Position numbers and translations under genes: made by a program
Part shown: positions 49,130 to 62,858 of the stretch, in pieces
Layout of the letters: every line of letters starts with the position of its first letter
Position numbering within the stretch: position 1 is the stretch's first letter
Notes under the pieces: model-generated
Seen by the model: the letters and a program-made list of their open reading frames with translations, nothing else
Database searches by the model: none
Told to the model about the DNA's origin: nothing
DNA from: Lama glama
Lineage: Eukaryota
Length of the DNA: 64,000 nt
Direction: 5' to 3'
Assembly: GCA_028534125.1 (NCBI GenBank)
Contig: CM052817.1
Span: 4,280,001-4,344,000 of the forward strand

Positions 49130-49330
49130 GGAGGTAGGTTCTAGAAGCAGATGCCTGGAGCCAAACTCCAGTGCTGTCACTCACTAGCTGTGTAAACTAG
49201 GCCAAGTGACTTAACCTCTCTGGGCCTCAGTTTCCTCATCTGTGAAATGAGAATGCTAAAGCACCAGCTCCCTTAGATGGCTGTGTAAGTGAGTTAATGA
49301 TGTATAGCACTCACAACAGAAGGCACTGAG
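49130..49330 (+). mobile_element. MIR SINE (one of many; others near 12200, 25240, 30520, 47690, 55340)
   Basis: ctagctgtgt...ggccaagtgacttaacctctctgggcctcagtttcctcatctgtgaaatg is the MIR core. Confidence 0.8.
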
Positions 49331-50703
49331 ACAACACTAGCTGCTTTCATGTTAGTCTTTATTGAAGTATTCCAGGGGAGAGGTGACGACGGCGGAAGGG
49401 GAGGCATGTTTAGGAAATACTGCAGACTTGGCAGGCAGCTTCACGCCTGCACCAGTACGCAAAGATCCCAGAAGTCATCGTGTTTCAGTAAATTGCTATC
49501 TACGGTGCAGCACAACGATCCTCAAATTGCAGGCTGACTCTTGTCAGTGGGTTGTGCAATCAGTTCCATAATTTACAGCCAGTATTTAAAAATGGAAATC
49601 AACTAGGGAATGTAAAAGGGCGCCACATACCAAGGGGAATGCTGTTTGGTGAAACGTCTGTTTCGGTTGTCCACGCGTGCACGTGTATAATGGTGTATGG
49701 TCTTATAATGTGTTTCTGACTGTGGGAAGCAGTCCAAAACATTTGAAAAATACCAGATCAGCTATTTAATGGGATGGAAGTGGAGCGTGAAAAGATAAGA
49801 AGTTTAATTGAATTGAAATGAGTCTGTGAGATGTCAGGAAGATGTGCAGGGGACATTTTCCCCCTTTACATGGAATTTCCAGTACAGAAGATCAAGCTTA
49901 TTTCTACTTAGTTCACAGTATTATCATCAGTGTCCCAAAAAGAGTTTTTAACCCGAGATACAGTGATGTTATGTGGGGTCCCACCCTTAAGAGTGTCATC
50001 TCTCCGTGGCAAATCTCGTAATAAATATTTTTTGAGTCATGCTTTACATACATGTAGGATTTCCCGGGTGAAAAGACACAGACTTGCAATCACGAGAGGT
50101 TCACAGTGTGATGGGGAGACAGAGGATAAGGGTGACAAGCAAGGGGGATGCTGCCAGGGAATTCAGGGCACTGCAGGACCTGCAGTCCTGATGCCCGCAT
50201 GCATCTCTTTATTGCATTCTTACGTAATCTGTATGTTCCTGGGAATGTCTTGTCATGAAACCGCATTTCCAGATGAGGGGCAGAGGCTCAGAGTGGTGAG
50301 GGGGCTGAGACCTCTAACCCTGAATCTCCCGCCAGAGCTATTGGTATTTTGGAGCCAGTTTTGCAGGACTGCATGAACTCTGCGCTTTGTACCTGATATT
50401 CGCCAAATGGCAATTTTGCCCTGTTGTTGTCAATATTTGCAGTTGCATACAAAGACGCCTCATTTCTGTGGTGACCTGTGGCTTCCTGAAAGGTGATAAA
50501 GGCAGACCCATCCATGTGCTGAGCATCACCAATTCCAGGAGTCACACCTTTGGGCAGACCCTGAGCAATTCTCCTCGCAGGGATCTAACACCAATTGTAT
50601 CTGCCCTATGTCCCCCACCCCAACCCCACGCCACTAACACTGTCCAACAAAGCCTTCCAAGTGGCTCCCGAGTCCCCTCTTTCATGTTTGCTCCTGATTG
50701 TGG

Positions 50704-51048
50704 TTTTTTTTTAATGTTTTTTAATTGAAATGTAGTTAATTTACAATGTGAGTTTCAGGTGTACAGCAAAGCAATTCAGTTATACACATACTACATATAT
50801 ATCTTTTCTTTTCAGATTCTTTTCCATTGCAGGTTATTACAAGGTATTGAATATAATTCTTTGTGCTATACAGTAGGTCTTTGTTGTTTATCTGTTTTAT
50901 ATATAGTACTGTGGAATCTGAAAAAAATGATACAAATTCTATTTACAGACCAGAAACAGACTCATGGACATAGAAAGCAAACTTTGGTTACCACATGGGA
51001 AAGGGCGGGGGAGGGATAAATTCAGAGTTTGGGACTAACAGACACACA
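50704..51048 (-). mobile_element. 5'-truncated, 5'-inverted L1 3' end
   Basis: Poly-T and antisense L1 3' terminus to about 50908, then a sense-oriented L1 3'UTR piece (gtggaatctgaaaaaaatgatacaaa...gggactaacagacacaca). Confidence 0.8.
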
Positions 51049-51587
51049 GTGCTTGTTTGCTTCGTCTTCAGCAAGCTTTCATGTCCGTGACCGAGCAGCA
51101 GCGGCAGGCACTAGCAGTTGAAGGAGAGCTTAACATGGAGGCAGTTCCACTCATTTGCATAAATGAATTCTGAAAATTAGGCAGCGATGCCCTTTTTAGC
51201 AGTGGGTGGGCCACCCCAGTCCAGCCCACAGCTCCTGGGTGGGGAGAAGGGAAGATATAAAAGCAGGGAGATGTGTACTCCCGCCAGGCAGGGGGTGAAG
51301 TGGAAAGAGAAAAAAACCTTGAATCACACGCATGGAGGTTCAGTGACTTTTAGCCGTGTAACATTGTTCAAGTCACTTCTGAGTAGCTCCACGGGGCGCG
51401 TTCACGGTAAGCAACAGCTGCTGTGACACCCGTGGGCCTGTCTCACCAACCAGAAGTCATGGTCTGCTGACCCTTACTGGGTCAGACATTAGCCGTTTAG
51501 GCACGGGGAAATGGAGAGGTCTGGGAAGTTCTGGATTGAAAGTGGGGACACTCAGGAGGTTTCAAGTGGCAGCTCTTTACAAACTGG

Positions 51588-52183
51588 TGTGGGGGTATTC
51601 AGTATTGGAACCACTGGCGCCGCCCTCCCAGCGTGCACCAGCCGATCCCGATCCTGCCTGCTGCGCAGTTTCCTTCTGTTATCGAGTGTTCTGCTCGCCC
51701 CACGACAGGCCAATATATCAGGAGATGAGGTGTTGGGGCAAGGAAAAACGGAAAATCCAGTAGACTGAGAGGATGGCAGATTAATGTCTTGGAGAACCAT
51801 GCTGCCCAAGTCAGAATTAAGGCTTATTTTATACTACAAAAAGGGGAGGGGGTGTGGTTGGTTGTTGCAAACTTCCTGCAGTAGGAATTCTTTGTTCCTG
51901 TAGCTGTCCACGTGGGTCAGGTCATGGCATCCCTGTAAAACCTCTTACAAAGCAAACGTTACTTTCTATTCTGCAACTTGTTATCTTTATATAATTGCAA
52001 AAGTGTTAATATCCTTAAAGGTCAGAGCCTTGAGAATGGCTCTCCTGTATATTTCAGGCTAAAGGCAACATTCTTGTACAAAAGGTGCAGAGCCAGCATG
52101 ACTAAGCCTAGAAAACAGGGCACAGGGTATAAAACCAAAGGAACAGATCTAATACGGAGTCAGATTTGTTCTTTTCTATTACA
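51588..52183 (-). mobile_element. ERV1-like solo LTR
   Basis: TG...CA termini and LTR-like composition (cttattttatactacaaaaaggggagggggtgtgg). Family not assigned. Confidence 0.55.
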
Positions 52184-52399
52184 CTTACAAGGACTCAGGT
52201 AGCTCACGGGTGTGCAGGGTCTCCACTAGGGTGAGGTGAGTGAGGCACTCGCCTCCTGGGCAAAATTTAAGGGGGCGCCACAAAAGACATCGAGATAAAT
52301 TGTATTTTGAAGCAACGTTTCAATGCAAACATTAATGCAAAAAAAAAAAAAAGCACACGAAACGAAAGACCGAAGTTGAAAGTAAGGTCAGGCTCAGTG

Positions 52400-53074
<675 letters not shown>

Positions 53075-53149
53075 TGATTTCCCTCTTTTCTGTAACTTTC
53101 TGGTACAGCCACTTGGTCAAGACGTGGACTCCATTTCCCAGTCGTCCTC

Positions 53150-53455
53150 TTCATCCACCCACGCAACCCACCAGCCCATCCATCTGTCCCTCATTCCACC
53201 TGCTCACTCATCCACCCATCTACCCAGCCAGCCTTAACCACCCACCCAAACCTCTCCCAGCCACCTCACTGCCCATCTGTCCCCCTACTCACCCACCCAT
53301 CCACCTGTCCACCCGCTTGTCTACCCACACTCCATCATCGCGTTCACCCCACCATCTGCTTGTCCATCTCTCCATCCAGCCATTCCCCGGGCAGCCAACC
53401 AGCTACCCTTCATACCTCATCATCTGTTCCCTCCTGTCCGTCCATCTGTCCAACA
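53150..53455. repeat. Degenerate (CCAT/CCAC)n simple repeat
   Basis: Repeated catccaccc/ccatc motifs. Confidence 0.75.
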
Positions 53456-55968
53456 TTTAGCGGGTCCCTGCCTGTGCCAGGCCCTTGCTAGATGCCCTCC
53501 TCCACGTGCAGTATTACATAACTGTCCTGTGCTGGTGACTTCTTCCCTGATCCACCCCATCCCTGGGAGAGCAACCACACTTTCCCGCCTCCCGCTCAGC
53601 TCCAAAGGTGATGATGGTCCCCAGTGTGGTGGTGCTGTACGGGCATCCTCATTCCTTTAGACTGTGAACCCCTTGAGGGCAGACCCTGGTCAGATGCGTT
53701 CTGTAGCCTCTGCCCCAGCAGCAGGACACAGGAGGTCCCCAGGGCTGTGCCGTAGAGAGCACGCAGGGTTGGATCCTTTTCTGGTTTTCCTATTTGCTAC
53801 TTCTGTGGCCCAGAGCAAGTTTCTTAAGCTCTGGGGCGAGGGCAGGCTGGACACATTTATTCATCTGACTGATGGGAGAACAAAAACTTATTTTTAAAAT
53901 ACTCCTGCTGTGTGTTTGGCACCCTCTGATGTTTTCAAAGGCATCATTTCATTTCATGCTCATGCCGACCATGAAGCAGGTACTGTTAGTAACCACACTC
54001 CTCAGAGAACGAGGCTGAGGCTCAGAGAGGCAGTGCACTGACCTGTTGTCACACAGCTAGGAAGAGGTGAAACTGGAATTTAATCTAAATTGGATGTGAG
54101 TCCAGAGTGCTTCGTTTCTCCTGCAGCAGGCTGCCTCCCTGTCAAGAGAAAGTTAACTCAGCTCCCTCCAAGAAGTCACAATCCCTGCCACTCCCTACTG
54201 GGTCAATTGACATTTAAGGAAAAATCAGGGAGCCACCTTAGCCCCAAAGAAGATTACTCATTTAAAAAAAAAATCAAATTTATCTTTGGACCTGGCTAAT
54301 CTATTTCAAATTAACTGGAAATTTAAATGCTCTGCATTTTCTCAGGATAATGGAGTGTACCTGCCTAGACCCTTTTAATAATGAGTTTATCTGTGGTCAC
54401 ATTTTATCTGTTTAGAACTTCATCCTACTAATGTCATTTCTACAAGTCCTGTTCCTTCTTTCTCCATTTTATGCATCAGATAAAAGGAAAAGAGTGTACA
54501 TTTCATATTGGCACCATACTGTAATTTTGGAAAATAAATTGTGTAGAGATGGAGATTGTCGTTTAGTATCCTTAATCCTGTAATTTTCCTACATGTAAGA
54601 CTTTAATTCAGGCTGTTGGCTTAAGTCCTGATTGTCCCAATCTCTCCGTCTTCCCCTGCTCTTTCTTTTATCTGAGGAAAAGAGTGGTTACCTAAATATT
54701 TCAGAGATGCTGCTAACGTTTTGTACATTTCATGTTCTCTCATTTAATCCTTAGAACAGCCTTGCAAGTCAGGTGCTGTTATCCCACTGAATAGATGGAG
54801 AAACGGGGCTCTGGGCGGTTAGGTGACTTGACCACAGGCACCCAGCTCCGAAGCATCAGGGCTGCAGCCCTTACCTCGAGATGCGGGAGCAGAGCTGGTT
54901 CTTGAGGAGCCTGGGGCATTAGATAACTCGTGTGCGATCAGTTACAAGCCCCTTGTCCACATGCATCTGTGACCTTCTCCATGTTTCGCGCCTTATCATT
55001 GAAAAGTCCCACTGCCCCAGGAGGATGGCAGCTTACATGGAGCCCGTGCCCTCAAGACTTTGCTGGAGGCTGCTGTGCATGGTCAAAATCCTCTCAGAAA
55101 CTCCTTAAATTGCCCATAAAGTGTGGTTCCCAGCTAGTTCTGCCTCTAGCATTGGGAGAAGCCAACCCATCATCAGCTGAGTAGCAGAGGAAGCAGGGGC
55201 TGCTGTGTAGGGGCCTGTGGAAGAGAAAATGCTGATCCTTGAGCACTGGAGCCATGCGCACGGGGGTGAGATGCTCCCACTTTAAGTGACAGGTGGGACC
55301 CGAAGTGGACAGAGGCAGTGTCGATTCCAGCACGGCTCTGCCTCTTACCAGCTGAGATACCGTCGGGCAGGTTACTAAACATTTTTGGCCTCAGTGTTCC
55401 CAGCTGTGAAGTGGGAACAACACTGAGACTCTCCTCGAGTGTGATTATGAGGATGAGATGAGAAAGAACAGGGAGGGCTCTTAGCACAGTGCCTGGCACC
55501 CGTAAGTGACCAACCAGGTTTGGCTCCTGCCACGTCATTGTCACTGTCCCCGTCATCCTCTTCACCATCATCTCTTCCTGGGCTCGCCTCATCCCGTGGG
55601 AGGCTGGGTAGACTCACCCACACTGCTTACAGGATGGTTTCCTCTTTCTTGGCTTTTCGTGTGTTTGTTCCAGGGCTTATCCTTGACTGGAGGAGGTTAA
55701 ATGTGACTGTGATTTGTCTCCTCTGATCTGTGCAGGTGCTGGTGGAAACATAGGCTGACGGGGCCCCGGAGTGGATGGGGCCTGTGGTCACCAACTCCTC
55801 CGTGATGGGCCGAGGGGGACTCAGAGCACTGTGTGGCTTTCTGGGCAGGGCCATCCCCAGGTGTAGTTCTCCTGGCCCAAGGGCTGGGAACCGCTGCTTA
55901 GTTTCAGAGGTCGGAGGTCAGCCTGCAGGGGGCAGGTGAGGTGGGTGAGGCCCAGCCTGGTGACCTCA

Positions 55969-56375
55969 GTGGTGAACAGCATAGTGATTACACATGTATA
56001 CTCTTTTTCATATTCTTTTTCATTACACGTTATGACAAGATATTGAATGTAGTTCCTTGTTCTCTACCCTTCTTACACTGTTAGTAGGAATATAATTTGG
56101 CGCAGCCACTGTGGAAAACAGTATGGAAATTCCTTAAAAAACAAAAAAATAGAGTTAGCATATGATCCAGCAATCCCACTCCTGGGCATATATCTGGAAA
56201 AAACTAATTTGAAAAGATACATGCACCCCAGTGTTCATAGTGGCACTGTTTACAACAGCCAAGATGTGGAAGCACCTAAATGTCTGTTGACAGGTGACTG
56301 GATAAAGAAGTTGTGGTATATATACACAATGGAATATTACTCAGCCATTAAAAATGAAATAATGCCATTTGCAGC
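55969..56375. mobile_element. Inverted L1 fragment (antisense 3'UTR joined to sense ORF2 end)
   Basis: tatgatccagcaatcccactcctgggcatatatc and acaatggaatattactcagccattaaaa are typical L1 ORF2-end motifs; flanked by a direct repeat gtgacctca. Confidence 0.8.
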
Positions 56376-57146
56376 GTGACCTCACCTTAATTTACATCCG
56401 CAGAGACTCTATTTCCAAATAAGGTCACAGTCACAGGTACTGGTCGTGGGGTGGGCCGTTTGGACTTGAACATACCTTGCAGGGCACTCAGTTCAGCCCC
56501 CAAACATGCAGTCATGTGGTCAGTGATGGGTATGTTCTTGCCGCCTCCTCCTTGGCGTCCTTCGGGTGCTATTCCCTCTTCTGGCCTCCCAGGGCCTGGA
56601 TTCCAGCCTGTCTGTGACCCTGTGAACTTGGGACGTCCTTGAGCCCCTGTGGATTGTGCTGGGTGAGGGGGTAGCAGCCCTCGCTATCTTATGAGTCTGT
56701 CAGAGTGAAAAGCCAATGAGAATGAATGTCAAAGCCCTTTAAAGATGGAACAAATGTCTGGTACCACTTCGGCAGAAAATGTCACAGGACAGTCACCAAC
56801 TCTGGCTTTTAGCAATCTTAAACGGCGGCCTGTGAGCAGCCGTCCCGGGAGAGTGCTATTAGCAAGGGCTCACTTTGGCTGTCAGTGTCCATTTCATCGT
56901 TTCATCGTGGTTTGTGCGTTTCTTGTGTGTCTTGCTCTCACTTCTGGGAGGCAGGCTCCCACCTCCTTGCTAACGATCCCTCCCAGGGGGCTCGGCACCA
57001 GGGAGACCTGCTTCTTGCTGCAGCCGGACGTTGGCAGTCCTCCCAGGTGGAGACAGGCAGGGCCGAGTGCCCCCAGCTGGTGGGGCCCGGAGCCTTGCTA
57101 GTCACTTCTGTGCTTCAATTCCTTACTGAGCAAATAGAGACTTCCG

Positions 57147-57545
57147 TACTGCGGGGGTTTCCTGGGGCTGCCCTAGCAGAGTCCCACAAACTGTGTGGTT
57201 TAAACAACAGTCCTCCAGGATCAAGGCGTTGGCAGGGTGCTTCCTTCCGAGGCCTCTGAGGGAGGGTCTGTTCCGGGCCTCTCTCCTTGGTTCGTGGATG
57301 GCTGTCTTCTCCGTGTCTCTTCTCATTGACTTGCTTCTAGCATGTCCATCTCTGTCCAAACGTCTCCTTTTTATGAGGACACCAGTCATACTGGCTTAGG
57401 GCCCACCCTCTTGACCTCACTGTAACTTAATTAATTGTATCTGCCATGACTGCTTCCAAATCAGGTCCTGCTCTGAGCTACTGAGGGGTGGTGGCTGGGA
57501 CTGCAGCTTAGGAGTTTTTAGGGACATGACTGCACCCACCACAAG
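57147..57545 (-). mobile_element. MLT1 solo LTR
   Basis: ggggctgcc...cacaaactgtgtggtttaaacaacag...atgaggacaccagtcatactggcttagggcccaccct. Confidence 0.7.
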
Positions 57546-59940
57546 CACCCCTCTGCATGCACTGCTGTGAGGCCCCGTGAGACAGTGCAGCTGTCAGTTT
57601 CCGGTTCCTTGCTGTGCTTCTTTGCCAGGTTCGTGGGAGCACAAGGGATCCCTGTGTTTATTGGGGTGTCTTTGCATCAGGCACCCTCCCCGGGCTCTAC
57701 GTCTGTTGTCCACTCGTTTTGTCCCTCAGCAACCTTTGAGGGCGGCACTATTTTATCCGTTTTACACATGAGGAAGTGGAGGCACGGAGAGTCCCAGGGT
57801 CCTGCAGATTTGCAGTGGTGGGGCAGGATTTGCACCCCAGCAGGTTGACCCCAATATGGGCTGGTGAATACCATCATCAGTGGGTCCAGGTTCAGCATTT
57901 AACAATTGCTCACTCAGTACAACGAGGTGTGCTCGGGCGTGAGCCGGGCACCGGGGCTGGGAAGTAAGACAGGACCCCTGCCGGTGCAGGATGATGAGAC
58001 CGAGGCGGCGGGGAGGGGGATGAGGGTGGAGACAGAGGAAGGGGGGAGGGGCCTGACAGCCTGTGGGTCACTGCTGGGGACCCTGTGCTTGGAATGAGGA
58101 ATGGACCCAGGGCCATGGGGTTTGTCAGAGTCTTCCAGGCTGTCTTCCTCTCAGAGGACACTGACAGCCCTGACTCTAAGCATCTTGGAGTCACAAAGGG
58201 CCACCTTGAGAGGAAGACATCCTCCTGAGGGAGCCCTGGGGAGACGTAAAGTACCAGCCAGTCACCAGCTCCTGGGGGAGCATAGCCTCCGCTTTTAAAA
58301 TTAAAATGCTAGAACCTATTGATAACAACACTGCAACGCCAGGTGGTGCCCTTCAGGGTCTTGGTCTGGGCCGGGCCGGGGCCGTGGCCGTGCACGTGCA
58401 CGTGTGAAATCGTACTCAGAGTTCTGAGAGCGTCGCACGCGTGCGTGATTTCCCAAGCCTGAGGGGGCATTTCCAAAGGGGCGGGGCCTAGAGGGGTTAA
58501 GAGCCACGGGCAGGCGGTCTTAAATGCCTTTATCTGGATAACGGTGGTGACCCCCGAATGACCTTTCTTCATAAACCCCCAGTGGCTCCATTGTCTTGGG
58601 ACCCAGCCCCACTTCCTAACCTCTGCATTTGAGTCCCTGCTGCTCCAGCCCGCTGCTCCAGCCCGCTTCCCCAGGCTCACTGCCCACCCACCTGGGCTCC
58701 TGCAGGCCCCTGAATATGCCAGCCTCCTCCAACCTGTTCACCTTCCGTGCATCTAGGAGCTCCTACCACCTGCTCCCTGTGGCCACTTGGTAACCCTGTT
58801 ACTGTCTGTCCATTGGGTGAGAATGTCACTTCCTCCACGAGGTCTCTCCTGACCTCACATCAGCTCTTCCCCTCTTCAGCGCCCCCGTTGCGACATGCCC
58901 CACCTCTGACAGCACAGCTGCCCACCCCTCACAGCTGTGCCTTCCTCCTCATCACCACCTGGGGCCCATTCAGCCCTAAGTCGCAGCCCCACCACAGGCT
59001 GCAGAACGCTAGGTGGGCGGGTGACTCAGTGAGTAGGTGGCCGCAAGAAGGTATTTCCTCCCCTGCCCGTGGGGAATGGAAGCTTCCAGCTGAAGGGACC
59101 ACTTCAAGATGGGAATGCTGGGAAGTGAGGTATAGAACTTGGGAACCCAGAGGGGAGTGAGCCCCATACAGAAGACCATCACAGATCATCAGGGTGCCTC
59201 CACCCAAACCAGCCCCTTGGTTACATCTGATGGGCTCTGGTGTCGTGGTGTAAATTATGATGAGAGTGATCATTATGAGAAGGTATTTTATTTGCTTCAT
59301 ATCTGCAAAGCACTTTCCCAGATAGGATCTCATTTGACGCTGGGAGGCAGCCAGGCAGGGATCAGCGTTTTTGTCCCCAGCCCCACAGAAGAGGCACATG
59401 CTTGCCTGGGATCACACAGTTCACAGTGTCTAGAGCCAGCTGCTTGGAGCCCCTAAGGAGCGACCACTGCAAGAGCAAACTCCTGACCTGGGGAGGGGTT
59501 TGGGGAGGGGGGTTCTGCTCAGGATCACAGGAGAAAGAAACTTTAAAAGGACTGTGGTTCGCAAGGTAAGCCGGGCTTACCTGCAGATGTGTCCAAATGC
59601 TTTTCAGCAAGTGTGCACTGTGCACCGTGCACATCCCAGGCACCGTGCCGGGCACTGGGGCTGAAGGGGTGACCAGGCTCTTCAAAAGCTTACAGGGGAG
59701 ACAGACACAAGAGCAGAAATGGCACTTTGGGCAATGACTGCTACAGCAGGGGACAGCTGGGGGGCTGTGGCCTGGCCTAGAGGATAACAAGAAAACATGT
59801 ACGAAGAGATTAAAAGTCGTATGCTTAATAATATCAGTGTCAGGCAGTCATCCCAGAGCTGAGGTCACACCCCCGGGGACAGCGGCATCAGGGATGCTGG
59901 ATGCTCTGGCCAGCCTCTGCTCCCCAGCAGTGTGAGTAGA

Positions 59941-59957
59941 GCGACCCCTGGTGGCAG
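59941..59957 (-). promoter_or_regulatory. Candidate CTCF motif
   Basis: The reverse complement ctgccaccaggggtcgc is close to the CCACCAGGGGGCGC core. Confidence 0.4.
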
Positions 59958-60742
59958 ATACAAGAATCTTCATTGTTCCCCGAGTCCAGGCAGCCCCCGC
60001 CTACTCAGAGCTTGTACCTGCCGAAGTACCTGTCATACAGCTGTCACTCACTCCGGCAGTGGCAGCGAGCAAGAGCTTTAAAACATAGTGTCAACAGTGT
60101 CAAAAAACAAAACATAGGCAAAATCCAAGAACATAGGGATAATATAAAAGGAAATAGAAATGGCCAGTGATCTTACCAAAAAAGTCAGTTCCATTACTTA
60201 TAAAATAAGTACAAATCAGCAAATCCTCAAGATTCCATTTTATTCTAAATACTTGTCAAATTTTAAAAGTATCTCAGCACGGTTTGTAGTTGGTACAAAT
60301 TGGAAACTGCGTACCTGTCTGATCAGAGGGACCCGACCTGGTGAGTGAAGGCGTTCCTCACATCAGAGATTAGTGGGCAGCCCCCAAACAGCACGTTGCA
60401 GAAGAACGTGCAGGAGACATCATCCTCTGAGACCATCACATGAAAAATGCACAAAGCAAAAAATCAACATTTTGGAGAAACAGACTTTTGAAAGAATTTA
60501 AATGTCTATGGATAGAAAAGAGCCTGGCGGGATATGTTCTAACTCATTCATAATATTTATTTCTGGCTATCACGGTATTCCTTGTTTTCTTCTTTTTTAT
60601 TATTTTTCAAGATAATTACACATTTAAACTAAAGCCACGTAAAGCTACAGGCAAATGCTCCTGCGAGTGTCGAAAAGCAGGAAGGGTCGACAAGACTGAG
60701 CAGAGAGGGGCAGGAAGTGGGGCAGAAGGCCCGGGTCAAGTT

Positions 60743-61242
60743 NNNNNNNNNNNNNNNNNNNNNNNNNNNNNNNNNNNNNNNNNNNNNNNNNNNNNNNNNN
60801 NNNNNNNNNNNNNNNNNNNNNNNNNNNNNNNNNNNNNNNNNNNNNNNNNNNNNNNNNNNNNNNNNNNNNNNNNNNNNNNNNNNNNNNNNNNNNNNNNNNN
60901 NNNNNNNNNNNNNNNNNNNNNNNNNNNNNNNNNNNNNNNNNNNNNNNNNNNNNNNNNNNNNNNNNNNNNNNNNNNNNNNNNNNNNNNNNNNNNNNNNNNN
61001 NNNNNNNNNNNNNNNNNNNNNNNNNNNNNNNNNNNNNNNNNNNNNNNNNNNNNNNNNNNNNNNNNNNNNNNNNNNNNNNNNNNNNNNNNNNNNNNNNNNN
61101 NNNNNNNNNNNNNNNNNNNNNNNNNNNNNNNNNNNNNNNNNNNNNNNNNNNNNNNNNNNNNNNNNNNNNNNNNNNNNNNNNNNNNNNNNNNNNNNNNNNN
61201 NNNNNNNNNNNNNNNNNNNNNNNNNNNNNNNNNNNNNNNNNN
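60743..61242. other. Assembly gap (500 N)
   Basis: Run of n. Confidence 1.
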
Positions 61243-61501
61243 CCCCTTGGGAGCCCAGAGGCATCCTGGCTGCACAGACAAGCTCCTCGTCTGCTAAAAG
61301 GCGCCCGGGTGCTAATAGGGGGCAGTTTGGCTGGCAGAACCGAGAACACAGGACCGGATCGTGTGCCCTCTGCTGTCCTCATCCAGAGAGGGGAGCTGAC
61401 TCCCTCCTGGGGTCCTTGGGAGGGACCCGTGGGGATGGAGTTGGAGGAAGCCACAACCAAGGGCACTGACAGCTTTCTTGACTTCTTGTGTCTCCCTCAA
61501 G

Positions 61502-61631
61502 GATGCGCTGGGCCGTGTTCAGGATGGATCGCTGCTCCTGCCGAGGGAGGATGCGCTGGGCGCCTGCGGAAGCCACGGCCGGCAGACCTCCCCCGACTCT
61601 GACGGGGCCCCTCCACCGAGGGGCTCGGCAG
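61502..61631 (+). CDS. C4orf50: C4orf50-like candidate exon (DALGRVQDGSLLLPREDALGACGSHGRQTSPDSDGAPPPRGSA)
   Basis: ttcttgtgtctccctcaag|GAT ... GCA G|gtgtgt; 130 nt, phase 0/1, compatible with both neighbours. Confidence 0.65.
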
Positions 61632-62730
61632 GTGTGTGGAACTGGGGTTAGCAGAGCCCTGTGCAGACACCCACTGACAGGGGCCAGCTCGCTGACGACA
61701 TCCTGATGTTGGGGGCGGTGTGGCGGTTCCTGCTCTGCAGGCAGGAAGCTGAGGCTCAGAGAGGTAGTGTCGCTTGCTCAGTGCCACACAGCTGGGAGAG
61801 GTGGGGTCAGAGCCTGCAGTGCCCACAACGAGGTCCTTGATTTAGGCTCACTCCCTCAGCTCCCAGAAGGGGGCCAGCCAGGAGACACACGTGCCAGCGT
61901 CGCGGCAGCGATGTCCCCGGGGGATTTGTCTTTGCAGAAGACTGTGTGATGACCGGGAGCTGTTCCGTCCCCCACCCCCACCCAGTGACAGCTCAGCTGT
62001 GAGATGGCTGTGAGGTTGGGGGGGCTTTGGGGGCCTAGAAGCCCCTTGTCCCTAAGTTGTCTCTGATGGGAACAGACGCATCTGATAACAGTCCCAGGTA
62101 CAGCTTCCAGGATCCCTGTTGCAAAAGCCACTGACTCGGGGAGCCCCAGGACCACGGCGTCCAACTGGGGGTCTGGTTTACATACAGACTCCCAAGGCCA
62201 AGTGCAGTTTACGGATGGGGGGTCATTTGTACCCCGCGGTGCTGCTGAGTGGCAAAGCTGGCCTTTCCCCTCCATCCCGTTTCTGGGGAGCAGAGCTGGC
62301 AAGTCCAACAAGGTTAAATTTGTCCTCAGGGAAGGGGGCGGGGCCCTCCTGGCAAAGCCTGGGCGTCAGCTCCTCCATCCACGTGCTGACTGTGAGGGGG
62401 CGGGGACTGGGAATTGTGACCCTGCGTAACCACGAAGCTGTGGGGCCGAGGGAGGTGTCATGGCTTTTGTCGCCCGTGTGGGCTTTGTGATCGGCAGAGG
62501 TGGCTTCCAGACCTGACTCTGGTGCTCATCAGTGAGCGGTCATTCCCCATCTCCCAGCCTGGGTTCCTCACCTGACAGGCCAAGTGACATCAGGCCACCT
62601 TTCGGGGCTCAAAGGCCTTGAATCTGGGAGAAGTGATGTCTCGTCCCAGCAGCAGGTGGCAGTGCTGGTGGCCGTCGTGGAATAGCTCCTATGAGGGTCT
62701 CTTTAACCCTTGGGTCCTGTCTCTTCCCAG

Positions 62731-62858
62731 GCCAGCCCTCCGGGGGGTCCTGCACCTGGGGCTGCATCGAGGCTGGACAAGGACCCCCTGTTTTGATGCC
62801 AGGCCCGGAGACCACAGATGAGCTCCCAGGAGACCTTGCAGGGTCTGACCGTGGACAG
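62731..62858 (+). CDS. C4orf50: C4orf50-like candidate exon (G QPSGGSCTWGCIEAGQGPPVLMPGPETTDELPGDLAGSDRGQ)
   Basis: ctcttcccag|GC CAG ... CAG|gtgaga; 128 nt, phase 1/0. Confidence 0.65.
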
